This document shows, piece after piece, positions 13,288-26,992 of a stretch of DNA of 64,000 bases. Under the pieces are notes generated by a model, which worked only from the letters and a program-made list of their open reading frames with translations, did not search any database and was not told the DNA's origin. Both the position numbers and the translations under genes were made by a program. The DNA comes from Sarea resinae (taxonomy: Eukaryota), in NCBI GenBank assembly GCA_026026165.1, contig JAPEUD010000041.1, positions 62,001 to 126,000 on the forward strand, given 5' to 3'. How positions within the stretch are numbered: the stretch's first letter is position 1; each line of letters starts with the position of its first letter.

Positions 13288-14175
13288 CTTCTGATATTCG
13301 ATGCGGGATCAATTGGTGGTCGGAGAGGATCTGTGGTTTGGAGGGGCTCATCGATATCACTACTGCTACTCTACAAGACCCCTCGGACCCTAAACGCGTT
13401 AAGACGTAAGATGAACGGCGGGTATAAGCGATGGCGTTTGACGTGAAACTCTCTTTGGGCCCTTGCTTTGTCCCTCTGGAGGAGACGATGATAGAGGGTC
13501 GAGTACGAACACAGATGCAGTCCAAAAGGGAAGCTACCGATGCTTTTCTATCTCTGTTTTCAAACCTCATGGAGAAGTTGTTGATGCCACTATCACAGCC
13601 ATCGCCATCTCTCGCAGTACGGACTTGACCAGTGCGAATAATGAAGAGCTGGTACTCGCGACTTGTGCATGTGCCACTTTGGAGTGCTATCCGTGGCTGA
13701 CGCGGAAAGTACTCGATACTTCCAACGTGCATTGAGCTCGGCCCTTGCCTTGCAATAATTTGTACACCGACCGTCAGAGACCGTACTCTATTCCTTTCTC
13801 TCCCCCCGATTATCCTCATCATCATTCTCTTCTGTCTCGACCTCCATCACTGCACCCCTCAGCGGATCGTTCTTCTCCTTCTTCTTCGGCCATCTTTTCT
13901 GTCACATCCGCCCTTGCTTCCTCTCGTGCTCTGGCCATCGTGCACGCACGTCGGGCCCCCCGTATCCCGTATTCGGCTGAGCACCGTCCAACCATCCAGA
14001 TCCCGCGGCAATCTTATCTCGCTCGCTCGTTTGAGGACACCAGTCCTCTTCGCGACTTTCGTTCATTCCATCATTCCATCCCTTTTTGTCAAGCTTGGAA
14101 CCTTTCGCAACCCCAACGAACTCATCCTCTCCATCCGTCAACGTCATATCGTCGACCTCAGATCTTGAGCCCGCC

Positions 14176-15495
14176 ATGGCTGACGACAAGAAGAGAGATG
14201 ATTATACCATTGAGATGGGCGAGCGCGAAGGAGCTGCTTTCGAGCCGCCGCCGCCCCCACGGCCCGCGTCGACGCCGCACGCCCACTCTCACGGGATAGC
14301 CAACAACCCAGCTCTTCCCGTCTTGAGTTATTGTGTCTCTTCCATCTTGATGACCGTCTCAAACAAGTTTGTTCTGTCTGGAACGGGCTTCAACTTGAAC
14401 TTTTTCCTGCTTTGCGTTCAGGTATGGAAAATGACAATCGAAAAATCTGGTCCGATACAGAAGCTTACGGGAGAGTAGTCGGTGGTCTGCGTTATCGCAA
14501 TTCAGACGTGCAAGTCGATGGGAATCATTACGTATAGAGACTTCAGCTCGGAAGAGGCCAAGAAATGTAGGTTTGCACCTCTCTGCTTCGTTCGCTCCAT
14601 CATTGACCTCTCATAGGGTTCCCGATCTCGGTCCTGTTGATCGGCATGATCTACACAAGCACCAAGGCCCTTCAGTTCCTGTCCATTCCCGTGTACACTA
14701 TCTTCAAGAATCTGACCATCATCTTGATCGCCTACGGTGAGGTCTTGTGGTTTGGAGGCTCCGTCACGGGAATGGCACTCTTCTCCTTTGGACTCATGGT
14801 TGTGAGCTCGCTCATTGCCGCTTGGGCAGATATCCAGCACGCTCTCCAAAGCTACGGCCATTCAACCAATGAGGCTTCTGCAAAGATCTCCACGTTGAAC
14901 GCGGGATATCTATGGATGATGCTCAACTGCTTCTGCACTGCTACATACGTACTGGGAATGAGGAAGAGGATCAAGTTGACGAATTTCAAGGATTTTGATA
15001 GTAAGTTCCAATCGCGTTTGGACGAAGATGTTTATGCTGAAGTTGTACCTAGCCATGTTTTACAATAACCTTCTCACCATCCCCATCCTGTTATTCTGCT
15101 CCATTTTCGTGGAAGACTGGTCTGCCGCCAACGTCGCCAAGAACTTTCCCCCGGAGCGAAAGAACAACCTCATCATGGCTATGATCTTCACTGGCCTGTC
15201 TTCGGTCTTCATTTCGTACACCTCAGCCTGGTGTGTCCGTGTCACCTCATCCACCACATACTCCATGGTCGGCGCCCTCAACAAACTCCCCATCGCTGTC
15301 AGCGGCCTCATCTTCTTCGACGCTCCCGTCACCTTCGGTAGTGTTTCTGCTATCGTTGTTGGCTTCGTCAGCGGTATCGTCTACGCCCTCGCAAAAGTCA
15401 AGCAATCTTCGAAGCCTAAGATCGGAACGCTTCCTACCACCAAGTCCCCATTGAGCGCTAGCAGCGCAAGCATGCGTGACAGCTTCAAGTCTTGA
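14176..15495 (+). CDS. VRG4: Golgi GDP-mannose transporter; 4 exons
   Basis: [65 protein letters not shown] (GALNK motif). Confidence 0.96.
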
Positions 15496-16286
15496 GCCCA
15501 GTCGGACTGACGAGGGAAAGAGAAAGAGCTGGGTTGATACTTCGATTCTCGAGAAGACACATGATACACCTTGCTCAGTGCGCGTCTCCATTCACCAATT
15601 TTCTCGTCCGAGGCAGGCGCAGCGGGGATGAAGTGCGCGGTGTTGGACACACCAGTCCCACTGGAGATGGTGGTGCTTACTTGGCTATCCCATGCTAGCA
15701 TCAAGCGCCCAAAATTTTTGAAGGTCGGAACCGCATGGCCGCCTCCCTTCGCGTGCTCCATCTCTCTCTATCTCTCTATCTCTCTATCTCTCTCTGTTTC
15801 CGCATGTTTCTCCATCCGCAAATCCAAGGGCGGAGTTCAAACCATATGCCTTGTATTTCACCTTGCACTGCTCTTCCATACTTTCATCCTCTTTCGAGTT
15901 TACCTTTTCCTTTCAATTTTCGTATAGAGGGTTTACTTTCTCGGATGTGCTTTCCGTTCCCTCCCAAGCCTGCTGCTTGGCGGGTAGGGTTATTTCGTAA
16001 GGTAGTATGCTTTAGCATTGCTCCTCGACGTTGGAGGCATGTCTCATTACGTAGGGACGGCAATATAGGTATAGCCGTAGGTAGAGAGCCAAAAATAAAC
16101 TAATAGATACGCCGAAATTGCTTATTCAAGTTTTTCTGTAAAGGTGCTGGAACATTGAAATGCACTTTGGCTATTTGAAGGCTTAGCAGTAGCTCTTCTG
16201 GCTATTGTGATGACATTGTTGTTTACCTCCCTACCACCAACCAGCCAGATCCCATCATAACGCCAAAACCCCTGGGATACCTATAA

Positions 16287-16864
16287 TCATAAACATTGGA
16301 GGACTAATTCAATAACGTCGAAAAACGTCTCCCTGTCTGCTTCGGCCTTTGCAAGACCGAGTCCCACGACGACCATTCTCTTTTCTTCCGGATTCTTGGT
16401 TGCGATCGCAGAGGCGATCTGCGTCGCGAACAACTGCCCAAGCGTCTCCCTTTCTGGCACCGTCCCTCCCAGAAGCGTGGTCGCAGTCAAATGAGGCATT
16501 GGTAGAAGGCCGCCGTCCTCCGCATCTGGGCCTATATAGTGATTCGAGTCGCTCGGATTGACCGTGTCTAGAGGGACATGGACCTTGAGAGAGGGGCCCG
16601 TTAGCTTTCACGAACGAATAAGCCACACAGAGACATCGTTGTGCAAAGAAGGGATTTGTTATATCATGCTCCGAGAGCTGGCGCGTTACTCACCCATTGA
16701 GCCAGACGACCATCCTGTGAGATTGTTATCATGATCTTGTCCGCAAATGACAGTGACATGACGTCCGTTTGAACGCCATTGACGAGGCCTGATGCTTGCT
16801 TTGTTTTGGCGGGGAAGGGAGCCTTGAAGACATTTTCTGCTGGCTCCGATGCCGAGCTTGCCAT
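16287..16864 (-). CDS. Proteasome assembly chaperone 3 (PAC3/PSMG3) family; 2 exons; an alternative ATG lies at 16876
   Basis: PFPAKTKQASGLVNGVQTDVMSLSFADKIMITISQDGRLAQW...HLTATTLLGG...LGQLFATQIASAIATKNPEEKRMVVVGLGL. Confidence 0.82.
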
Positions 16865-17130
16865 TGAAACCGGCATTGCCTGAACTCAGGAGTGTCTTAA
16901 AAGTGTCTTGCGAGTGTCTTAGGAGTGTCTGGGAGTGTCTTGTAAGGCAACAGTTGGAACAACTTGACCTTGTGGTTATGTCCGCCGGCAGAAGCGCCGG
17001 TGGGATACGCTCACCGCCTTCGCTTCGGTTATTTTGCCTGCGGCGACAATATTATTGCTGAAATCGTGAAAGTCTTCGCCCATTGTTAGCACCTCCGATC
17101 CGTTGACACTGTCGTGTCACGTTTTTCAAA

Positions 17131-20100
17131 ATGCCGAAATTTGTGCCCCGACAGCGTAAGCACAAGGCAAGGCAGCGGCAGAGCCAAAATGGCAGCGCGA
17201 CAATCTCCGCAGTCGCAGACTCCAACGCCGCAGAGATACTGCCCGCGTCAAAATCCGAAAAGGAAGAGAGACGACGTCAATTAAGGGAAGAGCTCCGCGC
17301 ACAGCAGTCCAAAGTCTCGAGCAAAAAGCAAAAGAGGCTGGAGAAGTATATCGTACGTTGAGACTAGGCATCACCCTTTGACGCCGATTGCTGAAGTAAA
17401 CGCGATGCAGGACAAGAAGCTCCAGAAGGAAGAGAACCTCGAGCTCATCAAAAAACTTGCGCAAACTAGAGTCGACACCAGTCTATTCCGGAGCACGAAA
17501 AGCCTTGGTGCGAATAAAGAGTCTAGGCGGGAGGCGGTAGCTAGGGCCTTGAAGGAGAAGGAGGCAGGAATAGACGCTGGCGAAAGCGACGAAATCCTAT
17601 TACGGCACCAGCAACGGCAAACGGACGATCCTGACGGTATCTCGGAGGATGACGAAGTCTTGGGAACGGAAGAGCCGGAAGAGCCGGCTTTGGCATCAAC
17701 AGCACAACCTTCTCTGGGAAGCGGGCTTAAGCGGCCCCTGGAAGTGGGAGAAGATGGTATGCCTGTTATCAAAAAGCGGAAGAGGAAGGCCACGATGAAA
17801 GCACCGAGATTTGAGGTTTCTGATGAAGTGGAATGGGAAGGCTTTGGATTAGAGTCAGATGATGATGTTGACTCTGGTCCGGAGGAAGGCTCACAATCAT
17901 CCGCGATATCGAGCGAAGACGAACTTGACAATGATTCGTCACCGAGCGAAGCCAGTGACGAGACTGACGGAGAGGAAGATGTAGAGGAGACCTCGAGGCT
18001 GCAGGAGAGGACTTCGGCCTTCAAATCCTGGGCGACCCAGAGAAGAAATGAAGCCTTGGGATTTGTCCCGTCGGCCGATACGCTGCCAGAGCCAGTAAGC
18101 TTAAAGAGCGGCAAACCTATCGAGTTCAAGCCAAGAGAGCCCGAGCAGGAACCGCTACCAGCTGAATTACAAACCGTAACCGCTACAGACACGACTCGGA
18201 AAGCGTACAGTGTGCCGGTAGAACGATCTCCAGAAATCCAGGAAGCTCGACTTCAACTTCCGGTGGTGGCAGAAGAACAAAAGATCATGGAGGCCATACA
18301 TAATAATCCCTCGGTAGTCATATGGGGAGCAACTGGAAGCGGCAAAACTACGCAGGTTCCACAATTTCTCTATGAAGCAGGCTATGGAAGCCCGAACAGT
18401 CCTACGCCTGGGATGATAGGGGTCACTCAACCACGACGTGTTGCTGCCGTGAGCATGGCAAAGCGGGTTGGCGACGAACTTGGAGGATCCAAGGGGAAGG
18501 TGTCGTATCAGGTACGTTTGTATCAAAAACATAGTACTCAGAGATGAAAGGTGTATTGGATCTAACAGTTGCTAGATACGATTTGAAACCACCGTAAGCG
18601 ACAAGACGGCTATCAAATTTATGACAGACGGTGTGTTACTTCGAGAGATAGCTCATGACTTTGCCTTGACGAAATATTCGGCAATCATCATCGACGAGGC
18701 TCATGAGAGAAGTGTCAACACGGACATTCTGATCGGCATGATGAGCAGGATAGTCGATCTACGGGCTGAGATGGCCCAAAGTGATCCTACTGTGAAACCA
18801 CTAAAGCTCATCATCATGTCTGCAACGCTCAGAATATCCGACTTTACCGAGAACAGAAACCTCTTCCGCAAGGGGCCACCCCCGCTGCTACAGGCAGAAG
18901 GTCGACAGTACCCTGTATCAACTCACTTCGCTCGAAAGACGAATCGAGATTATCTCGAGGAGACTTTCAAGAAAGTCAGCAGAGGCCATCAGAAGTTGCC
19001 ACCGGGCGGGATGCTTGTCTTTTTGACGGGCCAAAACGAGATCAAAGCACTCTCTAAGCGGCTCAAGCAGTCATTAGCTTCAACGCAGGGGTCGGACGTG
19101 AAGGGGCCTTCGGTGCGGATTTCTGCCCGTGAAGGTACGTAGTGTACGATGGGTTATTTGAGAGGTTGAGATATTGACGAGTCCATCTAGCTCCCCTCGA
19201 GACGGAAGACATGGAATTGGGAGACTTTGATCGGAACGTAGGAAATGGATACAATTCAGAGAGCGAAACCGAGATCACTGGACTCGAAGAAGACGGTGAC
19301 GACGAGTTCAATATCGGCGAGGATGAAGAATCAGGAGCCGCTCTCAAAATCCATGTTTTACCGCTCTACTCGCAACTGCCAACAAACGAGCAACTCCGAG
19401 TCTTCGAGCCACCGCCAGATGGCTCGAGACTGATCGTACTGGCCACGAACGTGGCAGAAACCAGTCTGACAATTCCTGGCATCCGCTACGTCTTTGACTG
19501 CGGCCGGTCCAAAGAGAAGAAGTATGACCGCACGACGGGCGTGCAGAGCTTTGAAGTTGGCTGGATCAGCAAAGCCAGCGCCAGCCAACGTAGCGGACGT
19601 GCCGGGCGAACAGGTCCAGGCCACTGCTACCGGCTTTACTCGTCGGCCGTCTTCGAGCGCGACTTTGATGAGTACGCCGAGCCGGAGATCCTGCGCACGC
19701 CCATCGAAGGCGTCGTCCTCCAGCTCAAAAGCATGGACCTCCAACACGTCATCAATTTCCCCTTTCCGACCCCACCCGACCGCACCAGTCTCGTGAAAGC
19801 CGAAAGGCTGCTCACGTACCTCGGCGCCCTTTCCTCGGACGGCGGCAAAATTACCTCTACTGGCCGCACTCTGTCTACGTACCCACTGTCGCCGCGCTTC
19901 TCGAAGATGCTGGCCCTGGCCCACCATCACAACTGCACCGCCTACGCCATCGCTCTCGTCGCCGCCCTCGCAGTTCCAGATCTGCTCATCCCGGAAAACC
20001 AACTGGATCTGCGACCCCCACAGCCTGAAACCAGAACTAATGACGACGATGACGATGACGAACCAGTCAGACATCTCTGGACCGAGTCCGACAACCTCGC

Positions 20101-21085
20101 CGCCTCGGCCCGGGCTCAGCGCCAAAAGTCCTACAACAAAGCCCACGCCGCCCTCGGCGCGCAAGACCCCTCTTCCGACGCCCTGAAGCTCTTCACGGCA
20201 ATCTGCGCGGCGGCACACGCACCCGACGCCGACGCCTTTGCAGCCTCGATGTTCCTGCGTCCAAAAGCCCTGCACGAGGCCGAGCAGCTGCGGCGCCAAC
20301 TGCACGACATTGTGCGCGCCAACACCGCCATCACTGGCACTACTACTGCCGCTGCTGCTGGTCCTTATCAGGCGCGCCTCCCGCAGCCATCGAAGACGCA
20401 CCTCGCCGTGCTCAAACAGCTCCTCGTGGCCGGCTTCATCGACCACGTCGCTCTCCGCGCCGACTTAGCGCCCAACCCACCCGAATCATACCGGCGCAAA
20501 CCGACCCGCGCGATCGACGTGCCGTATCTCACGCTCTTCCCTTCGCACGACCCAGCCCGTCGTCGTCATCCCTCTACGTCCAAAACCGACGCCGATGATG
20601 AAGATGATGATGACCCCAGCGTCTATATCCACCCGGCCTCGGTCCTGGCCCGCACACCGCCCAAAGAACTGCCCCAATACCTCATCTACAGCCACCTGCA
20701 GCGCTCCTCGCCCTCGGCCGTCACGGGTGCCAAGAAACCCCGCGTCCGCATGCATGCGCTCGTGCCGGCCACGGCGAGCCAGCTCGTGCGCTTGGCCATG
20801 GGCACGCCATTACTGCGGTGGGGCCACCCGATCGGCAAGGCCGGCGAGAGCGTCTTCCGTCTTGTCGCCAGTGATGCTGATGCTGATGGGGACGGGAACG
20901 GCGAGGGCGAGATGGCAGCAGCCAAGAAGACCCCCACCACGCGGGTCGAGGAGCGCGAGGTCTGGCGCGTGCCCTCTCTCGTCGGGCACAGCGGCGCCGG
21001 CGTCGGCTGGCCGCTGGGCGCTAGGAAGGTCGTGCAGAGGAAGACTAGGGCTGGTGCTTGGGAGGTCGTTCGTCTGGTCGCTTGA
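17131..21085 (+). CDS. DHR1: DEAH-box RNA helicase Dhr1/Ecm16 (DHX37), SSU processome; 4 exons
   Basis: N-terminus [79 protein letters not shown]. Confidence 0.96.
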
Positions 21086-21931
21086 GCTTGAGCTTGATCT
21101 TGGATGTTGGATGTTGAGCTTGATACCCGATCTGTCGGTCTGGCTGCTTTCTCTTTTTGGTCCGAGGAGGGGCGTCTTTCTTCTGCAGTCTCTGTTGGGT
21201 TGGGTTTGGTCGCGTTTGCGTTTTGCGTTTGCGTTTGGTCTGGGGTATGCATCTACTGGCAGGGCATCTACTAGCATGACATGGCACGGCACGGCACGGC
21301 ACGGCACGGCACGGGACGAGATGAGATGAGATGAGATAGGATAGGATAGAATGGCATGTCAATAATGCCATAGTCCAAGATCATGGTACGAAACCCGACG
21401 ATCGTCTTAGCTGGAAATCAGACGTGGACATGGACATAAACATGGAACCGCAGACGCAGACGCAGACGTAGCCGCAGATGCCGACGCACATTGGGCCGTG
21501 ATATTGACGTTATCGTAAGTCCATGCATGCATGCATGTATGTCCTCATGTCCGCCAGCCCGCCTAAGCTTTAATGTGATACTGTGATCATGTGATGATGT
21601 TGTAAGATCGTGATGTCGTAATGTGGTATTGTTTTAGAGCTGTCCTGTTTTACAGGGCAAGATAGATAGATAGGGCAGTGACTACAAGGTAAGGTAACCC
21701 AAGGTAGATGGATGGATGGGGCAGTGATTTACAACACAAAGCAAACAATACATACCTTGCCGTTTTGTGATATCGTGGTATATTCTTTGCGTGCCATTAT
21801 TGCCTGGCTGCCTGGCTGTCTGCCTGTCTGCCTGGCTGTCTGCCTGTCTGCCTGTGTGCTTCAAGGGGGTTCGCCTTTTTATAAAAAGTCCTACTACCAC
21901 ACACTCCCCCCTACCCACTACCCACTACCAA
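21086..21931. repeat. Simple-repeat-rich convergent intergenic region: (GGCAC)n ~21283-21312, (GATGA)n, (GCAGAC)n, (ATGC)n, CTGC/CTGT arrays
   Basis: Tandem repeats visible between the DHR1 and CDC123 stop codons. Confidence 0.92.
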
Positions 21932-23482
21932 CTACTCACTACCGCTATCGTCGCCCTCACCAACCCTCCGCTCAAGCACCTCCCTCCAGCGTTCCGCAAA
22001 CTCGCGCAACGGACCCCCACCGCCTGCACCGCTACCGCCACCGGCAAGATCCGCCGCCGCGTCCACGACGTCCTTGGGCATCTTGTGGGCCGAGTACTGC
22101 GGGGTGCTGAAACTGTAGGCTTCGGGGTCGTCGGCGTGGATGAGGCGGAATACCACAGCCGGTTCGGGCTGGGGCTGGGGCTGTGAGGGGCTGGGGGGGT
22201 CTTCTTGGTGGTGGTGGTGGTGGCCGTCTTCGGATGCGGATGCGGATGCGGAGTCAGAGTCAGAGTCAGAGGAGATTTCGATCGGGATCCTCGAGGCCGA
22301 GTCTCGCGCTTGTGGTTGTGGGCCTTCTGGGCTGAGCAGCTCCAGCCATGAGAAGAGGAGCGGGTCGGTGCGCGGTGCCCAGGGGTTGATGTCGATGAGC
22401 CAGACGCGTGTGTGGGGCGGGGGGATGTAGACGTCGAAGGCGTATGAGGGGTCGGGGAAGCCTTTGTTCGCGGATGATGATGTTGCTGGTGGTGCTGATG
22501 ACGAGGAGGGTGATGTGGTGTTATTGTTGGCTGCGGTGATAGGCGAAGAAGACGAAGCCGGGGACTTTAGATATCTGGTAAAGAAATCGAGGATCAGAGG
22601 TTGTAGGGTCGGTAGAAGCGCGGGCAGGAAGTCGAAGTGGTTGGGATCCCGCTGGCAGATCCCGATCAGCGTGTTATTGCGCACGAAACAGCGAAACTCG
22701 AGCGATGGGTTTATGAGCACGTGTTTGCGCAGCACCAGATGGTATGGTATGGCTGGCCCTTGGCCGGCTGGTTGTGTTGCATTTATAGCAGTCGTTGGTG
22801 TCGTAGTCTCCCCCTCCTTTTCTTCCTCGTCATCCACGCAATCATCGAACACGTGCTCGAGATCATGCGTGATGAAATCCGAGCTCTTCAGTAATAGATA
22901 AACGTCGTTCGGGCTGCGACAGTCCAGACTGTTGGTCGCGGCGATCCACGTCGCGTCTTTCGGGGCCGACCAGTTCAGCTTCGGCACCACGCTGCCGCCG
23001 AGTTCAGCAATGACTTCCTTGATGCGCGCGTGCACCTCGGGGAAGCCCTCCGAGGGGTCAGGAGCTTCATCTTCTTCGGCCGAGGCCGTTGAGGATGCGG
23101 ATGAGAAGATGCCGCTGTCGGAGTCAGACGTCGCCGTCGTGTCTTCAGCGGGGAGCACGATGCCATCTGCTCTTAGATAGGAGAGGAAGCCGTCGTCGAG
23201 GGGGATCAGGCGCGCTTTAGGTGTTACAGAGCGGAAGCTTGACCGAGCTTGGGGTTAGCTTCGCTCAATGTGATAGCCCCTTTTGGATCTTGGTGCTTAC
23301 CGTGGGTGCCAGTAATGATACGAGCAGTGAAGGATATGCGATTTGGTGACTGGAGGGAAAGGAAGTTGCGTCAACGGCTGTGGTGACTCTGCGCATTCGG
23401 AGAAGCCGTCTTCTGTCTCTGCCGTTGCTCCTGCTGCTGTGCCTGTGTCTGCACCAGCTGCATCTAGGCTTGCTGCTGCCAT
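21932..23482 (-). CDS. CDC123: Cell division cycle protein 123 (ATP-grasp eIF2 assembly factor); 2 exons (23482-23301, 23237-21932)
   Basis: [87 protein letters not shown]. Confidence 0.95.
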
Positions 23483-23820
23483 CTTGCCAGCTGCGCCAGG
23501 ATGGAGTCTGGAATATGTGTTCTTTGGTCTGGCGCGCAGTGGAGACTCTTGTAAAATAATTCTTTCAAGTGCAACAAGTTTGGCGGGGTGACGCGAGTCT
23601 GTACCGTGCCCCCACTGCCACTGCCCCGCCACCACCACCACCAGTCCATGTATGACCCAAAGCCAAGCATCTTTGGCGTCTGTTTCGTACCGCGACGTAT
23701 GTGGTCTAGACTTCACTCCTTCAATTCCATTCACACCACAACCTCAATTCAACCCATTTTCCAGATACCGTAAAACACTTCTCCGGCCAAACCTCGTCGA
23801 CCGAACAATTCCCCTTCAAC

Positions 23821-24428
23821 ATGTCCTCGAACGTCGGCCTCACCACCCCCCGGGGCAGCGGCACTTCCGGCTACGTCCAGCGCAATCTGTCGCACCTCCG
23901 ACCGCGCGACAACATCGCCCCGTACCCAAAAGACCTCGACAGCATCAAACACCGCCAACGGAAACCGGACAAGGAGATTCTGGAGCATGACCGGAAGCGC
24001 GACGTCGAAGTGAAGGTGTTCGAGCTGAGGGATAAGCTGGAAGACGAAGGGTACGTGTGCTGACGACTTCGCTGTCAACGTTACGGCGGCGCTACCGACT
24101 TCGTACGGTATGGTATGCTCAAGCAGTAGGCTGACTCGTCTTTTATAATAGCGTCGACGAGGAAGAAATAGAAGTCCAAACTTCGGCCCTGCGCGAGAAA
24201 CTTCTTAGCCAGAGCAAGAAAGGCGACAAGATGGACGCGCGGGGCTTGAAGATGCATCAAGTGCACGAGCTGGCGCAGGCAAAGATCGAGGAGACGGAGA
24301 AGCTGAGAAGGGCGTTGGGCATCAGGGAAGACTACGAGGAGGGATCCCATTGGACGAAGCAGGAGGAGCGGCTTCGGGATGCAAATCTCATGAGAGGGAA
24401 GACGGAGGGGAGGGGAGAAGATGCTTGA
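23821..24428 (+). CDS. CWC21: Pre-mRNA splicing factor Cwc21 (cwf21 domain); 2 exons
   Basis: MSSNVGLTTPRGSGTSGYVQRNLS...EILEHDRKRDVEVKVFELRDKLEDEG. Confidence 0.95.
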
Positions 24429-24845
24429 AGGGCCGTCGGTTTTACAATGGAAGGGCGTTACTGAATGCCATGATGTGATCATTCCAAGGGCGGGCGTATT
24501 GGCGTGTTGGTGCTTGTCACTTTGGATTGGGAATCCTTGAAAGGACTTGATAGGTCCACATGTGGAAATTTGAGAACTCCGGCTCATTGACCGATTATAT
24601 TTGATTCCCATTCATCTGGAGACAAGCTGGTATCAAAACAAGGTCTGAGCTATTTTGCTACTTGGAGCCGACAAGTATACCACTCAAGCGGGATCAAGCC
24701 TACTTAGGCGGGAGAGTAGAATTACAATCTCAAAAGCTTTTCTGGAACACCAGCTCCTTTATGTGGCCAGTGATCGCGCCAGCCGCAAATCTATACCAGG
24801 AAACGCCGTCACATGCACCATTACGCCATTCCATGCAATACCCTT

Positions 24846-26249
24846 TTAAGCCGGTCCGACGCCTGGCATGGCGCCTGGCATTGTTCCAGGCATAGAATAA
24901 TCCTGCCCAGAGGCCCTCTGCCTCCACCTTAAGCCCTCTCTTTCGATACGATCCCTCTCAAGCCTATCTCTCTCCGCTTTGGCCTCGGCTTCAACTTCTG
25001 CCCTGGCTTCTGCTCTTAGATCCCTTTCAACGCCCGTGGGCACAGTAGCGCCATCTTTGTCACCGCCCCGAGTGTTCTTTTTCCTTGGCCACAGATTCGG
25101 CAAGGCAATCTGCTGGAATCGTGGCTCGACGCAACGATCGTCGAACCAAGTGTGTAGACGGGATTCCACCAGTTCGGCAATCTTGGGAACGTCTTGGAGA
25201 CGAGAGCGGGAACCGACGAGGGAGCGAACGGAGAGGTCGAGGCGGTAGTCGTCGAGGAAAGAGAAGGCGAGGGCGGTGGGTGAAGGACCGCGCGGTGATG
25301 AGGGAATGAATGATATAGAGAGCTATTCGAATGTATTAGTGTTCTTCCTCATAGAATACCAGGACACTGTGCCCTTACCGTGCCGCTGAATCTGACAACA
25401 GACACTGCTAGTGCCACAGGTAACACTGCCACCAAAGGCTTCGGATAGTTCATGAGCAACTTTGTCTCCAAGCCCAGCGTAATGAAGTCACTCAAGTCCA
25501 CATCCATTCGAGCCTGCAATCTGCCGCCCTCTCCGCGTCCCGAGCTTGTCGGCCCATGACTACCTCCGCCAAGGCCATCCTCATCCAGTGGGATAACCCT
25601 GCAGTTGCTGAAGATGGGAAAGTCCTCCCCCAGGCTAATCTCCGTAACTTTGATGTCATCCAAGAAATCTGGCTTCTGCGGTCCATTAAGCACATCGTTG
25701 AGACTCTTCAGAATAGCATCATCATGATGGGCATCGCTCCGGAACTGAGCAATTGTTTGTGCTACCAGCACATTGAACCAGTCCAAGCTCTCGGGTTGAT
25801 GCGAATTCACGTTGTAGTACGTCTTCGCGAGTATAGTAGCTGTAGTCAATGGAGGTGGATTGCGAAGCACGCTCGACCGCTTTCTGCGCAACGCCCGCTG
25901 CGAGGACTGATCTCGGAGGGAGAGTAGGGAGCGCTTGTGGGCTAACGTGCGTTGCCTGCGAGCTGTGGCCCTGTGAGCGGCGGTAACGTCGGGGGACGGG
26001 GGATCTCCGAAGATGAAGAATTTGATGAAGGCTCCGATGAGTATGACAACGGAGAGCTGTCCGAGAAAGAAGCCCTGTGTAAATGAAAGTCTGCCGGTCT
26101 GTCAGATACAATATCAGATCGCGGGGCGGATATTGGAGAAACTTACGACGGCTGTCCCGAGACAGGACTCGAAGGATCAACTGAGACTACATTAGCAATG
26201 ATGCTACGTGCAAGACGTGAAAGTCTGCCAAACCTTGAGCTGTTGCCAT
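24846..26249 (-). CDS. MMM1: ERMES subunit Mmm1 (SMP domain); 4 exons
   Basis: [29 protein letters not shown] segment; [66 protein letters not shown]. Confidence 0.95.
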
Positions 26250-26992
26250 TACGGCCCTAGTCAAAAGTATGAAAGCAGATTAGTCCCCACGGTGTGAGCT
26301 ATCGACAACAGCCATTTGATTTAATGGGGACGAGTGTCCGTATTTATCGAGGTGGAAGTGTTAGACGCGCTTCGGCAAAATGATGTCGACTGCATGTCAT
26401 ACGCGCGCCTACCAGATACCCACCAGACATGGAAAGGAAATACATCAAATTACACCTTTGCCAGCTTCAACATACACTGATAGCTCCGCAAGTGATCAAA
26501 AGCTTCCGTTGATATTCGTGATGAGTCCAGACGGTTCTTCATACCTCATGCTGTCAGGCACGTCCCCGATCTGGTCATGTAACAGTACGATATCTGCAGT
26601 GATCTATGAGAAGCACAACAATGTAACGATCGTGACAGACAGAGCACAGAATTACCGGAGTCACCCATGGTAAACCCATCAACCAGCTGTCCTATGTGAT
26701 ACAATGTCTTTGCTGTAAGCCGTTTTATTTCAGGGATTTCTTTGCTTCATTTCGTTCATTTCGCACACTTACAGCCAGAGTTTCTCATTTTTGACATTCC
26801 ACTTACTATCCGTTCAGTTTGCATTCCTGGCATGCATAGTGCCACTTCTCCCCCCCTTACTTACTCACTGAAATATACCTGATACTCAATGTCCAGGGAG
26901 CATTTGTCTTCATTTCATTCTTCATTTGCATTGAGCCACCAGCAAGCTTGATTCTCGACCAGCCTCACATCCATCTCTTTAGATCAACCACT

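Noticed and set aside
19358..20446. 362-aa antisense ORF inside DHR1, with similar long antisense or shifted ORFs in TDA3-like (29723-30484) and CWH41 (56726-57421)
   Set aside because: Expected by-product of GC-rich third positions depleting stop codons in other frames.
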